Made by a program: the position numbers and the translations under genes
NCBI GenBank assembly: GCA_051362555.1
Contig: JBPQGU010000016.1
Span: 2,728,001-2,792,000 of the forward strand
DNA from: Lingula anatina
Lineage: Eukaryota; Animalia; Brachiopoda
Direction of reading: 5' to 3'
Length of the DNA: 64,000 bases
Shown here: one piece after another, positions 37,884 through 52,211 of the stretch
How positions within the stretch are numbered: the stretch's first letter is position 1
How the letters are laid out: each line of letters begins with the position of its first letter
The notes under the pieces: generated by a model
What the model saw: the letters and a program-made list of their open reading frames with translations, nothing else
Database searches by the model: none
Told to the model about the DNA's origin: nothing

Positions 37884-37923
37884 TTATTGTTATTATTATT
37901 TATTTTTTTTTTTTTTTTTTCAA
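37884..37923 (-). promoter_or_regulatory. Candidate poly(A) phase-variable promoter of copy 2
   Basis: Same TTG-A18-TAAATAATAAT element. Confidence 0.55.
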
Positions 37924-38044
37924 GTACTTTTTTTAAAACTTATTTAAAAAATATAATTGAAATAAAAAATAAAACCATTATTTTTATAAGTTTTTTATTA
38001 ACTTTTAAATAAAATTAAATATATAAATTTAAAACTTATTTATT

Positions 38045-38556
38045 TTAATGTTTTGATTTTTTTAGAATCAAAATTATTAAAATAATAATTGGTATTAAAA
38101 TTAACAATAATAAAAGATGTAATAAATAATTACTTTAATCTTTTTTTTGATTCAATAATTTATTTTTTATAAAATTTTTTTATAAATTAAAATTTAAAAG
38201 TTTCAATTAATTTTTCTTTTTCATTATAACTTGATAAATTTTCTAATTTTGTTTTTAAAAAAATAAAAATTAAATATTCATCTTAATTCAAATTAAACAT
38301 ATTTTCTAATTCATTTAATTTTAATATAAAATTATTTTTTTTAATTGATCTTTATAAAATTTATAATTATTATTTTCATAAATAAAACCAAATAATTTAT
38401 TTCTATAATTTAAATTTTTATCTTTTAAAATATCTTTTATAAAATTAAATTTTAATTTATCTTAATCAATTATATTAATAAACAAAAAATTATATTATTA
38501 ATATTAAACAATAACAAAAAAAATTTAAAATTCAAATTAATTTTTCTTATATTCAT
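38045..38556 (-). pseudogene. Degenerate relic of a related surface-protein gene
   Basis: MNIRKINLNFKFFLLLF start and LLHLLLLLILIPIII TM similar to the paralog termini; internal stops. Confidence 0.45.
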
Positions 38557-38620
38557 TTCTCAAAATGCTTTACTAAATATATTTTATTATTTTTAATATA
38601 AAATATTATTTTTATATTTT

Positions 38621-41600
38621 GTTTAAGAATATTGTAATTTAATACTATACCAAAACTTGTTTCTTGTTTTTGAGTTAGTTGAATTTGCTTAAGAATAATC
38701 TAATTTAATACTATACCAAAACTAATCACTTGTTATTTAACATTGGCAACATGCTTAAGAATACTCTAATTTAATACTATAACAAAACATATACTCTTTT
38801 ATCTATTTGAGTACCTGAGCTTAAGAATACTCTAATTTAATACTATACCAAAACTAGGAGGAGTAATGAAATCAATATTTATTTGCTTAAGAATACTCTA
38901 ATTTAATACTATACCAAAACTGATTTTAAGCTAGAACGTAATGATATAGTGCTTAAGAATACTCTAATTTAATACTATACCAAAACATTCACTAAGTTTA
39001 ATTATGACAATTTTATGCTTAAGAATACTCTAATTTAATACTATACCAAAACAAAAGAGGTATAGAAAGAGACCACGTAGATACTTAAGAATACTCTAAT
39101 TTAATACTATACCAAAACCAATCATTAAATCAGTTCCATATTCAAACTGTTTAAGAATACTCTAATTTAATACTATACCAAAACCCGCTAATGTTACCCG
39201 TTCGTTCTAATTGTGTTTAAGAATACTCTAATTTAATACTATACCAAAACATAAATTTAAACATAATTTATCAATTTCTTGTTTAAGAATACTCTAATTT
39301 AATACTATACCAAAACTATTAACTTTAAAACTATCTAATAAGTTTTGTTTAAGAATACTCTAATTTAATACTATACCAAAACCGATAACATACTCGAGTG
39401 ATTGCCAGGTTGGTTTAAGAATACTCTAATTTAATACTATACCAAAACTGAGCAATAATTTTAATAATTGGTATATGTGTTTAAGAATACTCTAATTTAA
39501 TACTATACCAAAACACTAGATCATATCAAAACTAAACAAAAACAGTTTAAGAATACTCTAATTTAATACTATACCAAAACTGCACCTAACAGAACAATAA
39601 TTACAGATTAGTTTAAGAATACTCTAATTTAATACTATACCAAAACCGAGGTGTTTAAAAAGGATCGTGTAGCTAAGTTTAAGAATACTCTAATTTAATA
39701 CTATACCAAAACAACAACGTTGTAATACCTTATCTTTAATACGTTTAAGAATACTCTAATTTAATACTATACCAAAACGGACAGCGTATCAATATACCCG
39801 CCTCAAACGTTTAAGAATACTCTAATTTAATACTATACCAAAACTATACAGCATATAAGCATTAAGAGGTAATCGTTTAAGAATACTCTAATTTAATACT
39901 ATACCAAAACATAGAGGTTATCAATATATTAAATACGACGGTTTAAGAATACTCTAATTTAATACTATACCAAAACCCCTATACATATCAACTCTTGTTA
40001 TCGTTCGTTTAAGAATACTCTAATTTAATACTATACCAAAACCTGCTAGGTGGGGGATCCGGGGCGCCTTTGTTTAAGAATACTCTAATTTAATACTATA
40101 CCAAAACTAAATATTATTTTATTATGTTGAACTGTTAGTTTAAGAATACTCTAATTTAATACTATACCAAAACATGATAGACCTGAATGAGTTCAATATC
40201 TTTGTTTAAGAATACTCTAATTTAATACTATACCAAAACCAAAATTAAATGATGGATTATATTGATTGAGTTTAAGAATACTCTAATTTAATACTATACC
40301 AAAACTGTCATATCAATTCCTTTCTTAAAGGTAAAGTTTAAGAATACTCTAATTTAATACTATACCAAAACCTGAGAGTATTGCTGGTAAATATCCAATA
40401 AGTTTAAGAATACTCTAATTTAATACTATACCAAAACCTTCTGCTGTTTCGTCTGTTGCTGTTAATTGTTTAAGAATACTCTAATTTAATACTATACCAA
40501 AACAATGTTCCTTTTTTAAATCTCATTGTTTGTGTTTAAGAATACTCTAATTTAATACTATACCAAAACTACGTATTGCAGCAGCCTTTGGTGACGAATG
40601 TTTAAGAATACTCTAATTTAATACTATACCAAAACTTATTTCTTTATTATCTTTAACATTTAGAAGTTTAAGAATACTCTAATTTAATACTATACCAAAA
40701 CAAAGTAAAATCTAAACATTCTATTCTTATTGGTTTAAGAATACTCTAATTTAATACTATACCAAAACTAAATTTTTAGATCTACAAGAACAAAAAAAGT
40801 TTAAGAATACTCTAATTTAATACTATACCAAAACCAACCAGAAATTATTACAAGTGATAATTCTGTTTAAGAATACTCTAATTTAATACTATACCAAAAC
40901 CGTATTCGTGAGTTTAAAAAAGAATTAAAAGTTTAAGAATACTCTAATTTAATACTATACCAAAACTAGCAAGACATGCATTAACAACAATTAATTGTTT
41001 AAGAATACTCTAATTTAATACTATACCAAAACAATTAATATTATTATTTTCATAATTAACATGTTTAAGAATACTCTAATTTAATACTATACCAAAACAC
41101 CTGACAAACACATAGCAATGGGACCAAAGTTTAAGAATACTCTAATTTAATACTATACCAAAACCAAACTCAACTAGAAGCTAAACAACAAGAAGTTTAA
41201 GAATACTCTAATTTAATACTATACCAAAATGAACCATACAATAATTGTGTTCAACAAAAAGTTTAAGAATACTCTAATTTAATACTATACCAAAACTATA
41301 ATTAGGTTTTTTAGGTATTCAAAATAGTTTAAGAATACTCTAATTTAATACTATACCAAAACGGCATACTAAAACAAATTCTAGCTTCAAAGGTTTAAGA
41401 ATACTCTAATTTAATACTATACCAAAACAGTTGTATAGTCACCTATATCGCCCATACCGTTTAAGAATACTCTAATTTAATACTATACCAAAACCAAGTG
41501 CTGAAACACAAGATTTTTTAAATCGTTTAAGAATACTCTAATTTAATACTATACCAAAACTCGCGGGTACAGGTATTGTATCGTTAAAAAGTTTAAGAAT

Positions 41601-44600
41601 ACTCTAATTTAATACTATACCAAAACTATAAACGCATTAAATGATTTAAAGCAAGAGTTTAAGAATACTCTAATTTAATACTATACCAAAACTATATTAA
41701 TAAATTCTTTATGAATACAGGTGTTTAAGAATACTCTAATTTAATACTATACCAAAACTAGATTTTTAGTATTTGTTTTATTTTTATAGTTTAAGAATAC
41801 TCTAATTTAATACTATACCAAAACTCTTTGTTATTGAATATTGAACTACAAAAGGTTTAAGAATACTCTAATTTAATACTATACCAAAACCATACCAGGT
41901 GAACTATTCAATGACGTGCAAGTTTAAGAATACTCTAATTTAATACTATACCAAAACTATGTAAAAGGCTTATTAATGCTTCTACTTGTTTAAGAATACT
42001 CTAATTTAATACTATACCAAAACCGATATCTATCAACCGCGTCCGTTTCTCTAGTTTAAGAATACTCTAATTTAATACTATACCAAAACAGCAACGCCTT
42101 CGTTCTGTTAGCTACACGGGTTTAAGAATACTCTAATTTAATACTATACCAAAACTAGAATAAAAACGAATAATATCGTTCACGCGTTTAAGAATACTCT
42201 AATTTAATACTATACCAAAACCAGGAACAGGTGGAACAGGCGGAGAAACAAGTTTAAGAATACTCTAATTTAATACTATACCAAAACATATACATTCATT
42301 TAAATTTTTATATAATTGTTTAAGAATACTCTAATTTAATACTATACCAAAACTTGAACGACGTGCTTGATTCCTAATTGTCGGTTTAAGAATACTCTAA
42401 TTTAATACTATACCAAAACTAAGCCACTAGGACTTATTGAATTCAATTTGTTTAAGAATACTCTAATTTAATACTATACCAAAACATAATAGATTCTCAA
42501 CATAATACACCATTAGTTTAAGAATACTCTAATTTAATACTATACCAAAACAATTAAGTTCAACACCAATTTCTATTCCCTGTTTAAGAATACTCTAATT
42601 TAATACTATACCAAAACTATTACAAGATATATTAGATGTCTTAATTGGTTTAAGAATACTCTAATTTAATACTATACCAAAACTTCAATTGTTACCCTTT
42701 TAAAAATATATTAGTTTAAGAATACTCTAATTTAATACTATACCAAAACAACTATTGAAGCGATGCAATCGATAACCTTGTTTAAGAATACTCTAATTTA
42801 ATACTATACCAAAACTAATATATCTTTTAAATTAATTAAGTTTTTGTTTAAGAATACTCTAATTTAATACTATACCAAAACTTGAATACCAATAACAATA
42901 GCTATAACAAGTTTAAGAATACTCTAATTTAATACTATACCAAAACTTGTTGGAGTTGTTATGAAAAATAAAAAAAGTTTAAGAATACTCTAATTTAATA
43001 CTATACCAAAACTAGCCCCTACTCCTATACAGCGGTAAATGGTTTAAGAATACTCTAATTTAATACTATACCAAAACAATAGCCTAATGAGATAAATAAA
43101 TCATACTGTTTAAGAATACTCTAATTTAATACTATACCAAAACACAGATTGCTTGCGTTCTTTGCTAACTATTGTTTAAGAATACTCTAATTTAATACTA
43201 TACCAAAACAAATATGATTTTCCAAAAATAAACCCTTCAGTTTAAGAATACTCTAATTTAATACTATACCAAAACTTGATGGAGGAGGTAAAAAATGACA
43301 AATAAGTTTAAGAATACTCTAATTTAATACTATACCAAAACAGGCTAGCGGGTACAAAATGGCAAAATATAGTTTAAGAATACTCTAATTTAATACTATA
43401 CCAAAACTTGTTGGAGTTGTTATGAAAAATAAAAAAAGTTTAAGAATACTCTAATTTAATACTATACCAAAACCAAGAGAAATAACAACTCCAGGTTATT
43501 ATGGTTTAAGAATACTCTAATTTAATACTATACCAAAACAGTTCTTAGTTGATTTTGTAATGTTGTTTTGTTTAAGAATACTCTAATTTAATACTATACC
43601 AAAACATAACGCCATATTTTCTGTTCCAGCAACTTGTTTAAGAATACTCTAATTTAATACTATACCAAAACTTATTAGCATTAGTTAATTTATCATTATA
43701 TGTTTAAGAATACTCTAATTTAATACTATACCAAAACTGGTGCCTGAAACTCAGGTTTAAGAGGTTTGTTTAAGAATACTCTAATTTAATACTATACCAA
43801 AACATCAAGGCAAGAAATAACGAAGGAGTTTTTGTTTAAGAATACTCTAATTTAATACTATACCAAAACGGCACAGGTGAAGAAGCTACATTTAAAGATG
43901 TTTAAGAATACTCTAATTTAATACTATACCAAAACAAGCTAAACTATGGATCACAAGATAAGCTAGTTTAAGAATACTCTAATTTAATACTATACCAAAA
44001 CCAACAACAAGACCAAGAATTAGACACATTAGTTTAAGAATACTCTAATTTAATACTATACCAAAACTGTCAACCATTAGATAAAATGATTATAACAGTT
44101 TAAGAATACTCTAATTTAATACTATACCAAAACTTTTTAGATGGAAACATAAATGGAGAACAAGTTTAAGAATACTCTAATTTAATACTATACCAAAACT
44201 ATAAGCTCTTTTTGAACTTTTAGATTTAAGTTTAAGAATACTCTAATTTAATACTATACCAAAACATCCAATAGATGTGTTAACAGCATTTTGAAGTTTA
44301 AGAATACTCTAATTTAATACTATACCAAAACCAACAGGTAATATACCGCACCATTCCGTGGGTTTAAGAATACTCTAATTTAATACTATACCAAAACAAA
44401 GAATATAGAAATAAAAAGAAAGAAATAGTTTAAGAATACTCTAATTTAATACTATACCAAAACTTCTCATTCTCAAAGAAAGAACTTTTCCTAGTTTAAG
44501 AATACTCTAATTTAATACTATACCAAAACTAGATATTGTTGATGAAACAGGACAAGAGCGTTTAAGAATACTCTAATTTAATACTATACCAAAACTTTAA

Positions 44601-47600
44601 GAAAATGAAAAAAATATATAAATAAGTTTAAGAATACTCTAATTTAATACTATACCAAAACTAATATAACATTTATAATTACAATATTTTTGTTTAAGAA
44701 TACTCTAATTTAATACTATACCAAAAAAAGCAGGAGGTGCAGCAGTAGCAGGAGTTAGTTTAAGAATACTCTAATTTAATACTATACCAAAACTATTTGT
44801 GCCTACTCCAACAGTAGGAACTCGTTTAAGAATACTCTAATTTAATACTATACCAAAACTAGATAGATGATTAAATAGAGGATTTATAAGTTTAAGAATA
44901 CTCTAATTTAATACTATACCAAAACTAACCAATATTGACCATATTGAACTTGTGGGTTTAAGAATACTCTAATTTAATACTATACCAAAACGTAAAGCAC
45001 TATCAGGTCTATTTGTATAAAGTTTAAGAATACTCTAATTTAATACTATACCAAAACAGATGAGGAGATTATTTACAAACAAAAAATGTTTAAGAATACT
45101 CTAATTTAATACTATACCAAAACGAATTGAACGCACCTGGTGAAGGTACGGGTGTTTAAGAATACTCTAATTTAATACTATACCAAAACTTTAATGCATG
45201 CCGTGCAACATTCGCAAGTGTTTAAGAATACTCTAATTTAATACTATACCAAAACATCTTCTCATTTAAAGTTTTGTGCTTCTTCGTTTAAGAATACTCT
45301 AATTTAATACTATACCAAAACGAACTAGTTAGTTTAACAACTACAAAATCTGTTTAAGAATACTCTAATTTAATACTATACCAAAACATATGCTAAGAAA
45401 TGGTGAGGCTAATGGTAGTTTAAGAATACTCTAATTTAATACTATACCAAAACAAGCAACATTAAATAATGCATCAATGATTAGTTTAAGAATACTCTAA
45501 TTTAATACTATACCAAAACCTAAGGCTCTTAAGATAGTGTCCATAGTTGGTTTAAGAATACTCTAATTTAATACTATACCAAAACTTGAAAGAGATATGA
45601 GTTTTGAATGTATTAGTTTAAGAATACTCTAATTTAATACTATACCAAAACAGGTAAGAATTAAATGGCAAAAGAAAAAACGTTTAAGAATACTCTAATT
45701 TAATACTATACCAAAACTCAGCTGCGTCAACCTCGTTGTTAACGTGGGTTTAAGAATACTCTAATTTAATACTATACCAAAACTACATCTTTTTAAAGGT
45801 TTATACTTAGCAAGTTTAAGAATACTCTAATTTAATACTATACCAAAACTTATTCTTTCATTTTTTAACTTGTAAAAAGGTTTAAGAATACTCTAATTTA
45901 ATACTATACCAAAACAGAACTTTTAACTACTAAATCAAAAAATAAGTTTAAGAATACTCTAATTTAATACTATACCAAAACTATCAACTATGCGAGGCAA
46001 CGTGTGATTTTGTTTAAGAATACTCTAATTTAATACTATACCAAAACTGTATATGTAAAAGTTTTTTAATTTCTTTAGTTTAAGAATACTCTAATTTAAT
46101 ACTATACCAAAACCACAAGCATCATCTAACTTTTCATAATCAAGTTTAAGAATACTCTAATTTAATACTATACCAAAACCAAAAAATCAAATATTACCAA
46201 CACTAAATAGTTTAAGAATACTCTAATTTAATACTATACCAAAACTTCAAAAAAATTGGAGTTAAACCAGATTGAGTTTAAGAATACTCTAATTTAATAC
46301 TATACCAAAACTCTTTAACATTCATCCTCCACCATTTGATTGTTTAAGAATACTCTAATTTAATACTATACCAAAACCATAGGGTAATTCTTTATGATAC
46401 ATTTGATGTTTAAGAATACTCTAATTTAATACTATACCAAAACAGATTATATTGATTAAAAAATAAAGATAAAGTTTAAGAATACTCTAATTTAATACTA
46501 TACCAAAACTTCAAAAAAATTGGAGTTAAACCAGATTGAGTTTAAGAATACTCTAATTTAATACTATACCAAAACTTGGTAACAAATTAATATTTATTAA
46601 AAATAGTTTAAGAATACTCTAATTTAATACTATACCAAAACCTTGGGCTGTAAAACCTAAAATGTCTGTAAGTTTAAGAATACTCTAATTTAATACTATA
46701 CCAAAACTAGACGTGAATACATAAGACCTGCTAACGAGTTTAAGAATACTCTAATTTAATACTATACCAAAACCTATACCATTAGTTACTGGATGTTGTG
46801 TAAGTTTAAGAATACTCTAATTTAATACTATACCAAAACTTATATTTCTTTCACTTTCTAATAAAGTTTGTTTAAGAATACTCTAATTTAATACTATACC
46901 AAAACAACTTTATAATTAATAATATTTTAATTTAGTTTAAGAATACTCTAATTTAATACTATACCAAAACTAATTCTTGTACTTGTTAATGTTGTCATAA
47001 GTTTAAGAATACTCTAATTTAATACTATACCAAAACGCATGTTAACAAGCAATGGTGGCAAAGATTGTTTAAGAATACTCTAATTTAATACTATACCAAA
47101 ACTTGAAAATATAGATAAAAATACTGTTTTTAGTTTAAGAATACTCTAATTTAATACTATACCAAAACCCACAATCACAGTTGATACATATATTTTCAGT
47201 TTAAGAATACTCTAATTTAATACTATACCAAAACTCGTATTTTTAACAATTGAACCGTCAATTGGTTTAAGAATACTCTAATTTAATACTATACCAAAAC
47301 TCAATGGATGGATCTTAAAAACTTTTTAATGTTTAAGAATACTCTAATTTAATACTATACCAAAACAAATGGTTCAATAAAATTACCTAAAATATGTTTA
47401 AGAATACTCTAATTTAATACTATACCAAAACTTTGTGGTACTGGTATAGTATCTTTAAAATGTTTAAGAATACTCTAATTTAATACTATACCAAAACCCC
47501 CAGGTTACCATAATTATAACTCGAAAAATTTAAGAATACTCTAATTTAATACTATACCAAAACCATTCCATATAGCAGCTGCACAGCTCCAATATTTAAG

Positions 47601-47893
47601 AATACTCTAATTTAATACTATACCAAAACGGTTCTATCATTAGATACAAGGCTGATAACATTTAAGAATACTCTAATTTAATACTATACCAAAACTAGAA
47701 CTAAAACCAATAGAACCACCAACAAATTTAAGAATACTCTAATTTAATACTATACCAAAACCAGTATGCAGCGAATGTAAGGACGGTTACGATTTAAGAA
47801 TACTCTAATTTAATACTATACCAAAACCCATATTAGCAATACGGTTGCCCTTCATTGATTTAAGAATACTCTAATTTAATACTATACCAAAAC
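38621..47893 (-). CRISPR. Type II-A CRISPR array, about 141 repeats / 140 spacers (29-31 nt)
   Basis: 36-nt repeat GTTTTGGTATAGTATTAAATTAGAGTATTCTTAAAC with 66-nt period; degenerate repeats at the 38621 end mark the trailer; count estimated from span/period. Confidence 0.99.
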
Positions 47894-47919
47894 GTCAAAA
47901 ATTACAAAAAAAATATTAA
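47894..47919 (-). promoter_or_regulatory. CRISPR leader, 26 nt between cas9 stop and first repeat
   Basis: Ends ATTTTTGAC, similar to the II-A leader anchor ATTTGAG. Confidence 0.6.
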
Positions 47920-50900
47920 TTAATTTAAAATATTTAAATAAATTTTTTTATATTTTCAATTATTAATAGATTTTTTTAATCTATTTGAAGAAAATTTTTT
48001 AGATATTTTATTAAATTGAGAAAAATTATAATCTATAGGTTTAACTTCAACTTTCATTCCATTATCACCTGTAGTAATACCAGTAACATAATATTTTTTA
48101 TTATCTTTTAAATCTAATAAAATTGTTCCATTATATCAAACATCAATTGGCAAACTATTTTTATTAATTAAAAATTTTTCTTTTTGTTTATTTAATTTAT
48201 CATTATTAATTTTTAATTTATTAATTTGTTTTAATTTTCCATCTTTGAATTTTTTTACAACTTCTATTTTAGAATTCAAACAATTAATTGGAATTAATTT
48301 TTTTTGATCTTTTTTATTTTTATACACATAAATTTTAAATCAATTAAAACTATCATAAAATGATAATTTATTTTCTTTAAGAAAAACAACATCATCTTTA
48401 TTTTTTAAATTACTTAAAATTTGAATTTTTTTAACCTCTATTTCTTTATTATTAATATTACAAATAATTGAATTTTTTTTATTTTCCATCATTGCTTTTT
48501 GAAATGGTAAGTTTAAATCTTTATTTTCTTTATAATTTTCAAAAATATTACATAATTCATCATACATTTTTGGATTTTGATTTTTAATAACAACTTTATC
48601 TGAATCTTTTGAATTTTTATTAAAATATTTTTTACAATCTTTTTCAGTTAAATCAATTAATTTTTTATAAACTATTTTTTGAATTTTATTATCACCTTTA
48701 TCAATAGATTTATACAATGTTTCTTTAAATAATTTTTTATTATTTTTCTTTTCTATTTTTCTAGAAAAACAAATATTTTTAAAATTTTTATTTAAAACAA
48801 TACAAGAATTTAAAATATTTGTTAATAATTTTTTAAATATATTATTTAATTTTTTTGTTTCTACAATTTCATTAATAGAATTTTCTTTTTTATTTTCTAA
48901 TAAATTATATTTTGTATAAAAAAACTTATCAAAATGTTTTTCAATCATTTTATGATCCATATATCATTTTGAAAGAACAGTTATAAAATATGCATCTTGT
49001 GCATGATGTCCATGTCAAATCCTATCTTTTTTTATTTTTTTTTGTTTTTCAATATCTTCAATATCTTTTAAAATAGGATTTATTAAAATATATTTTTTAT
49101 CTTTATTTTTTCAATACTCTTTATTAATTACACTTCTACAAAAACTTGTCATCTTTCCATTTATTGTTTTAATATTAAAAGATAAATTATTAATTTTTTT
49201 ATATTCAATCAATAAATTTAAAAACTCTCTTGTTGTATATCTTGTATCAACAAGATTTCTTTGAATAAAACCAATTTGATTTTCAGTATTTGAAAAATCA
49301 ATCTTTGTTGTTAAAAAATCAAATTTTTTCTTATTTTTGTTTTGTGTATTATTTAAATATCAATCTTCTCATTTTTTAGATAATTCTTTAAATTTATCTA
49401 ATTTTCCAAAATGTTTAAAATATTGATAAACTGTTCTATTACCTTTTTGTTTATTTTCTAATTTATTTGTTAAAACTTTATTATTTTTTGAATTATCAAA
49501 TGATTGACTATATGGAATAATATGATCTATTTCAAATGTTTGATGATTTTTTAAAATATCTTCTAATTCTATTTTTTTACCAGTATATACATCACATTGT
49601 TTTTGTTCTAATCAAAATCAAATTTTATTTTTTAATTCATTTGGTACTTTATCATAATCTTTATTATATTTTTCTGTATATTCTTTTATTATTTTTTTTA
49701 TATTTTCATTATTATTTTGAATGTTTTTTATAATTTCTTTTCTATCTTTGTTATTTCTTTCCCTTGCCATTTCAATAATAATATTTTTTATTTCTAAATT
49801 ATTATTTTTACAAAACTTATTAATTTCATTAAAAACTTTTATTGTTTGTCTTAAGGATCTTTTGACAGTTGGAGTTAAAATTAATTCATCAATTACATTA
49901 TTTGTTAAAAAATCATTTTTTTTAAGATTATACTTTGATATCAAATTATAATTTGAATCAGAAGAATATAAAATTTCCATATGATTTTTACTTTCAACAA
50001 TCATTTTTTCAATAAATTCATTCAATGCTTTATAAGAAAAATTATGTCTACCAGATACTATATTATTAATTTCAGATAAATCATTTATTAAATCTTTAGA
50101 AAAATTTGTAAATTTAATTTTTTCAATATTATATTTTCTTTCATCTTTTATTTCTGTTTTACTTAAAATATCACATAATTTATTTATTAAATTATCTTTA
50201 ATATATTTATCAAAATGAAACATATTTTCAAAACCATATTCATATTTATGTTTTTTAAAAACTTTTAAAATTGAATTATAAGATGTAAATTTAGTTAATA
50301 AATCTTTATTTTTACTATCTTTTCTAAAACCAGAAATAAAAACTTCATCTTCAAATTGATTTTTAATATATTTTTTAATTTGTGTGATTGTTTTTTGATT
50401 TAACTTTAATTTAATAATTTCTAATTTTTGTTTTGTATTTAATTTAATATTTTTTATATTTTTACTTGAAATATTTAAATTATTTAAATCTTGTAATAAA
50501 TTAAATAATAATGCACTTAATGATTCTTTAGGTGCTCTAAATTCATCTTTATAAATTGTACATTTACCAATATTTGATTCTCAAATAGATTCATAATAAA
50601 CTTTTATTTTTTTACCATTTTCATCAGTTTTAAAATAATGTTTTTTTTCTACTTTTCCATCTTCATTTTTTATTCAAAGTCCATATTCAGATTGTGAAAT
50701 TTCAGAACCTGGTCCAATTTCATATGAACGTTGTCTTTTAAAAAACTCAAAAAACTTATTTTTAAATTCAGATGTTAAATATGTAATATTAGAAAAAATT
50801 TTATTAATTTCTTTTTTATAATTTTTAAAATGAAAAATAGAATTTAAATTACCATTTAAAAATTTATTATCATAAAAATAATCTATTTGTATTTCAACTG

Positions 50901-51462
50901 GAAATTTATTTTTTAAATCATCAATATATTTTTTATAATTTGATTTTGATTCTTTATTTTTATCTTTATTTTCAATATTAATTATTTCATATTTAAAACC
51001 TCTATGATTTATATATCAATATAAAACACTAATTAATTCTTTTTTATTTAATTCTTTATTTAAACCTTTTAATCTTAAATTAAAAATACCACCTAATTCA
51101 GTTGAATTTTTATCTTGTTCTTTTCTTCAAATTGAATCATTTATATATTTTTCTCTAAATTTATTTACAAATTTATTTTCTTTATCTAATTTAATATCAG
51201 TTATAAAATTTGATTCAATCAATCATTTAATAAAGTCTCTTTTTAATACTTTCCTTCTATTTATTTGTCTTCTACTAATACGTTTTTCTCTTCTTTCTTC
51301 ATTTAACAACATAAAATCCATAGGATCATCAACTGTATCAAATGTTCTTACACCATGTTTTATTATTTCTAATGAATCATAATCAGTAACACATCAACCA
51401 ACTGATGCAATACCAATATCAAATCCAATAATTACATTTTTTTTATTTTCTATTTTATTCAT
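47920..51462 (-). CDS. cas9: CRISPR-associated endonuclease Cas9, about 1180 aa
   Basis: Ruv[13 protein letters not shown], Arg-rich bridge helix, HRGF, Ruv[33 protein letters not shown], RuvC-III HHAQDA. Confidence 0.97.
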
Positions 51463-51521
51463 ATTTTTATTCTAATGATTATTTTATTAAAAAATTTTAT
51501 TTATTTATTTTAATTTTATAT

Positions 51522-52211
51522 TTATTTTTTTATTTTTTGTATTGACTTATGTATTAAAAAAGAATTCATATTAATTTTATTATCAAAATAATCATTAATA
51601 TCTTGTATTTTTAAAAATGTTTTAGTTTCTAATTCAAGTCAAGATTTAAATTTATATTTATCAATTATTTCAGTTGGGATATCTCATTCTAACATTACTA
51701 ATCTTTCTAAATTAGATCAATTTATATTCTTATTAAATAAACTATTTGTTAATAAATGAATATTTAACATATTAAAATTTTTTTCAACATATTTACTATT
51801 TAAATCAATTAAAATAACATTTTGTATTTTTTCAGAATATTTATTTAATATAAAAAGTATTTTTTCAATTTCTTCTTTTTTAATATATTCATCATTAATT
51901 TCAAAAAAAATTTTTGATAATTTATCAAATGAAATTTTATATTTTAATAAATTAAAACCAAATATTTCATTTACTTTTGAAGTTATTAAAGCAATTTTTT
52001 CTTCATTTATAATTTTTGAAAAAATATTATTATCTAAATTTAACAACATTTTATTAATAATAGAATTGTTATTTAAATTAAATAAATCACTTCTTTTTGT
52101 CAATGGACTTAATAATATAAAGTTTTTTTCTTCACTAAATTTTTTTATTCATTCAAAAATTTTATTTGTATATAAAATTTTATTTTCACTAAAATTAATT
52201 TGGTTTTTCAA
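51522..52211 (-). CDS. Csn2-like protein, 229 aa
   Basis: TTG start with AAGGAG RBS overlapping the cas2 end; position and size fit Csn2, motifs not recognised. Confidence 0.55.

Larger units (their letters stand above)
32740..38045. repeat. Tandem duplication, unit about 2.7 kb
   Basis: About 32740-35330 matches about 35390-38045, including intergenic DNA. Confidence 0.85.

Noticed and set aside
38657-47857. Self-targeting spacers
   Set aside because: None noticed by eye, but this is not excluded without an alignment search.
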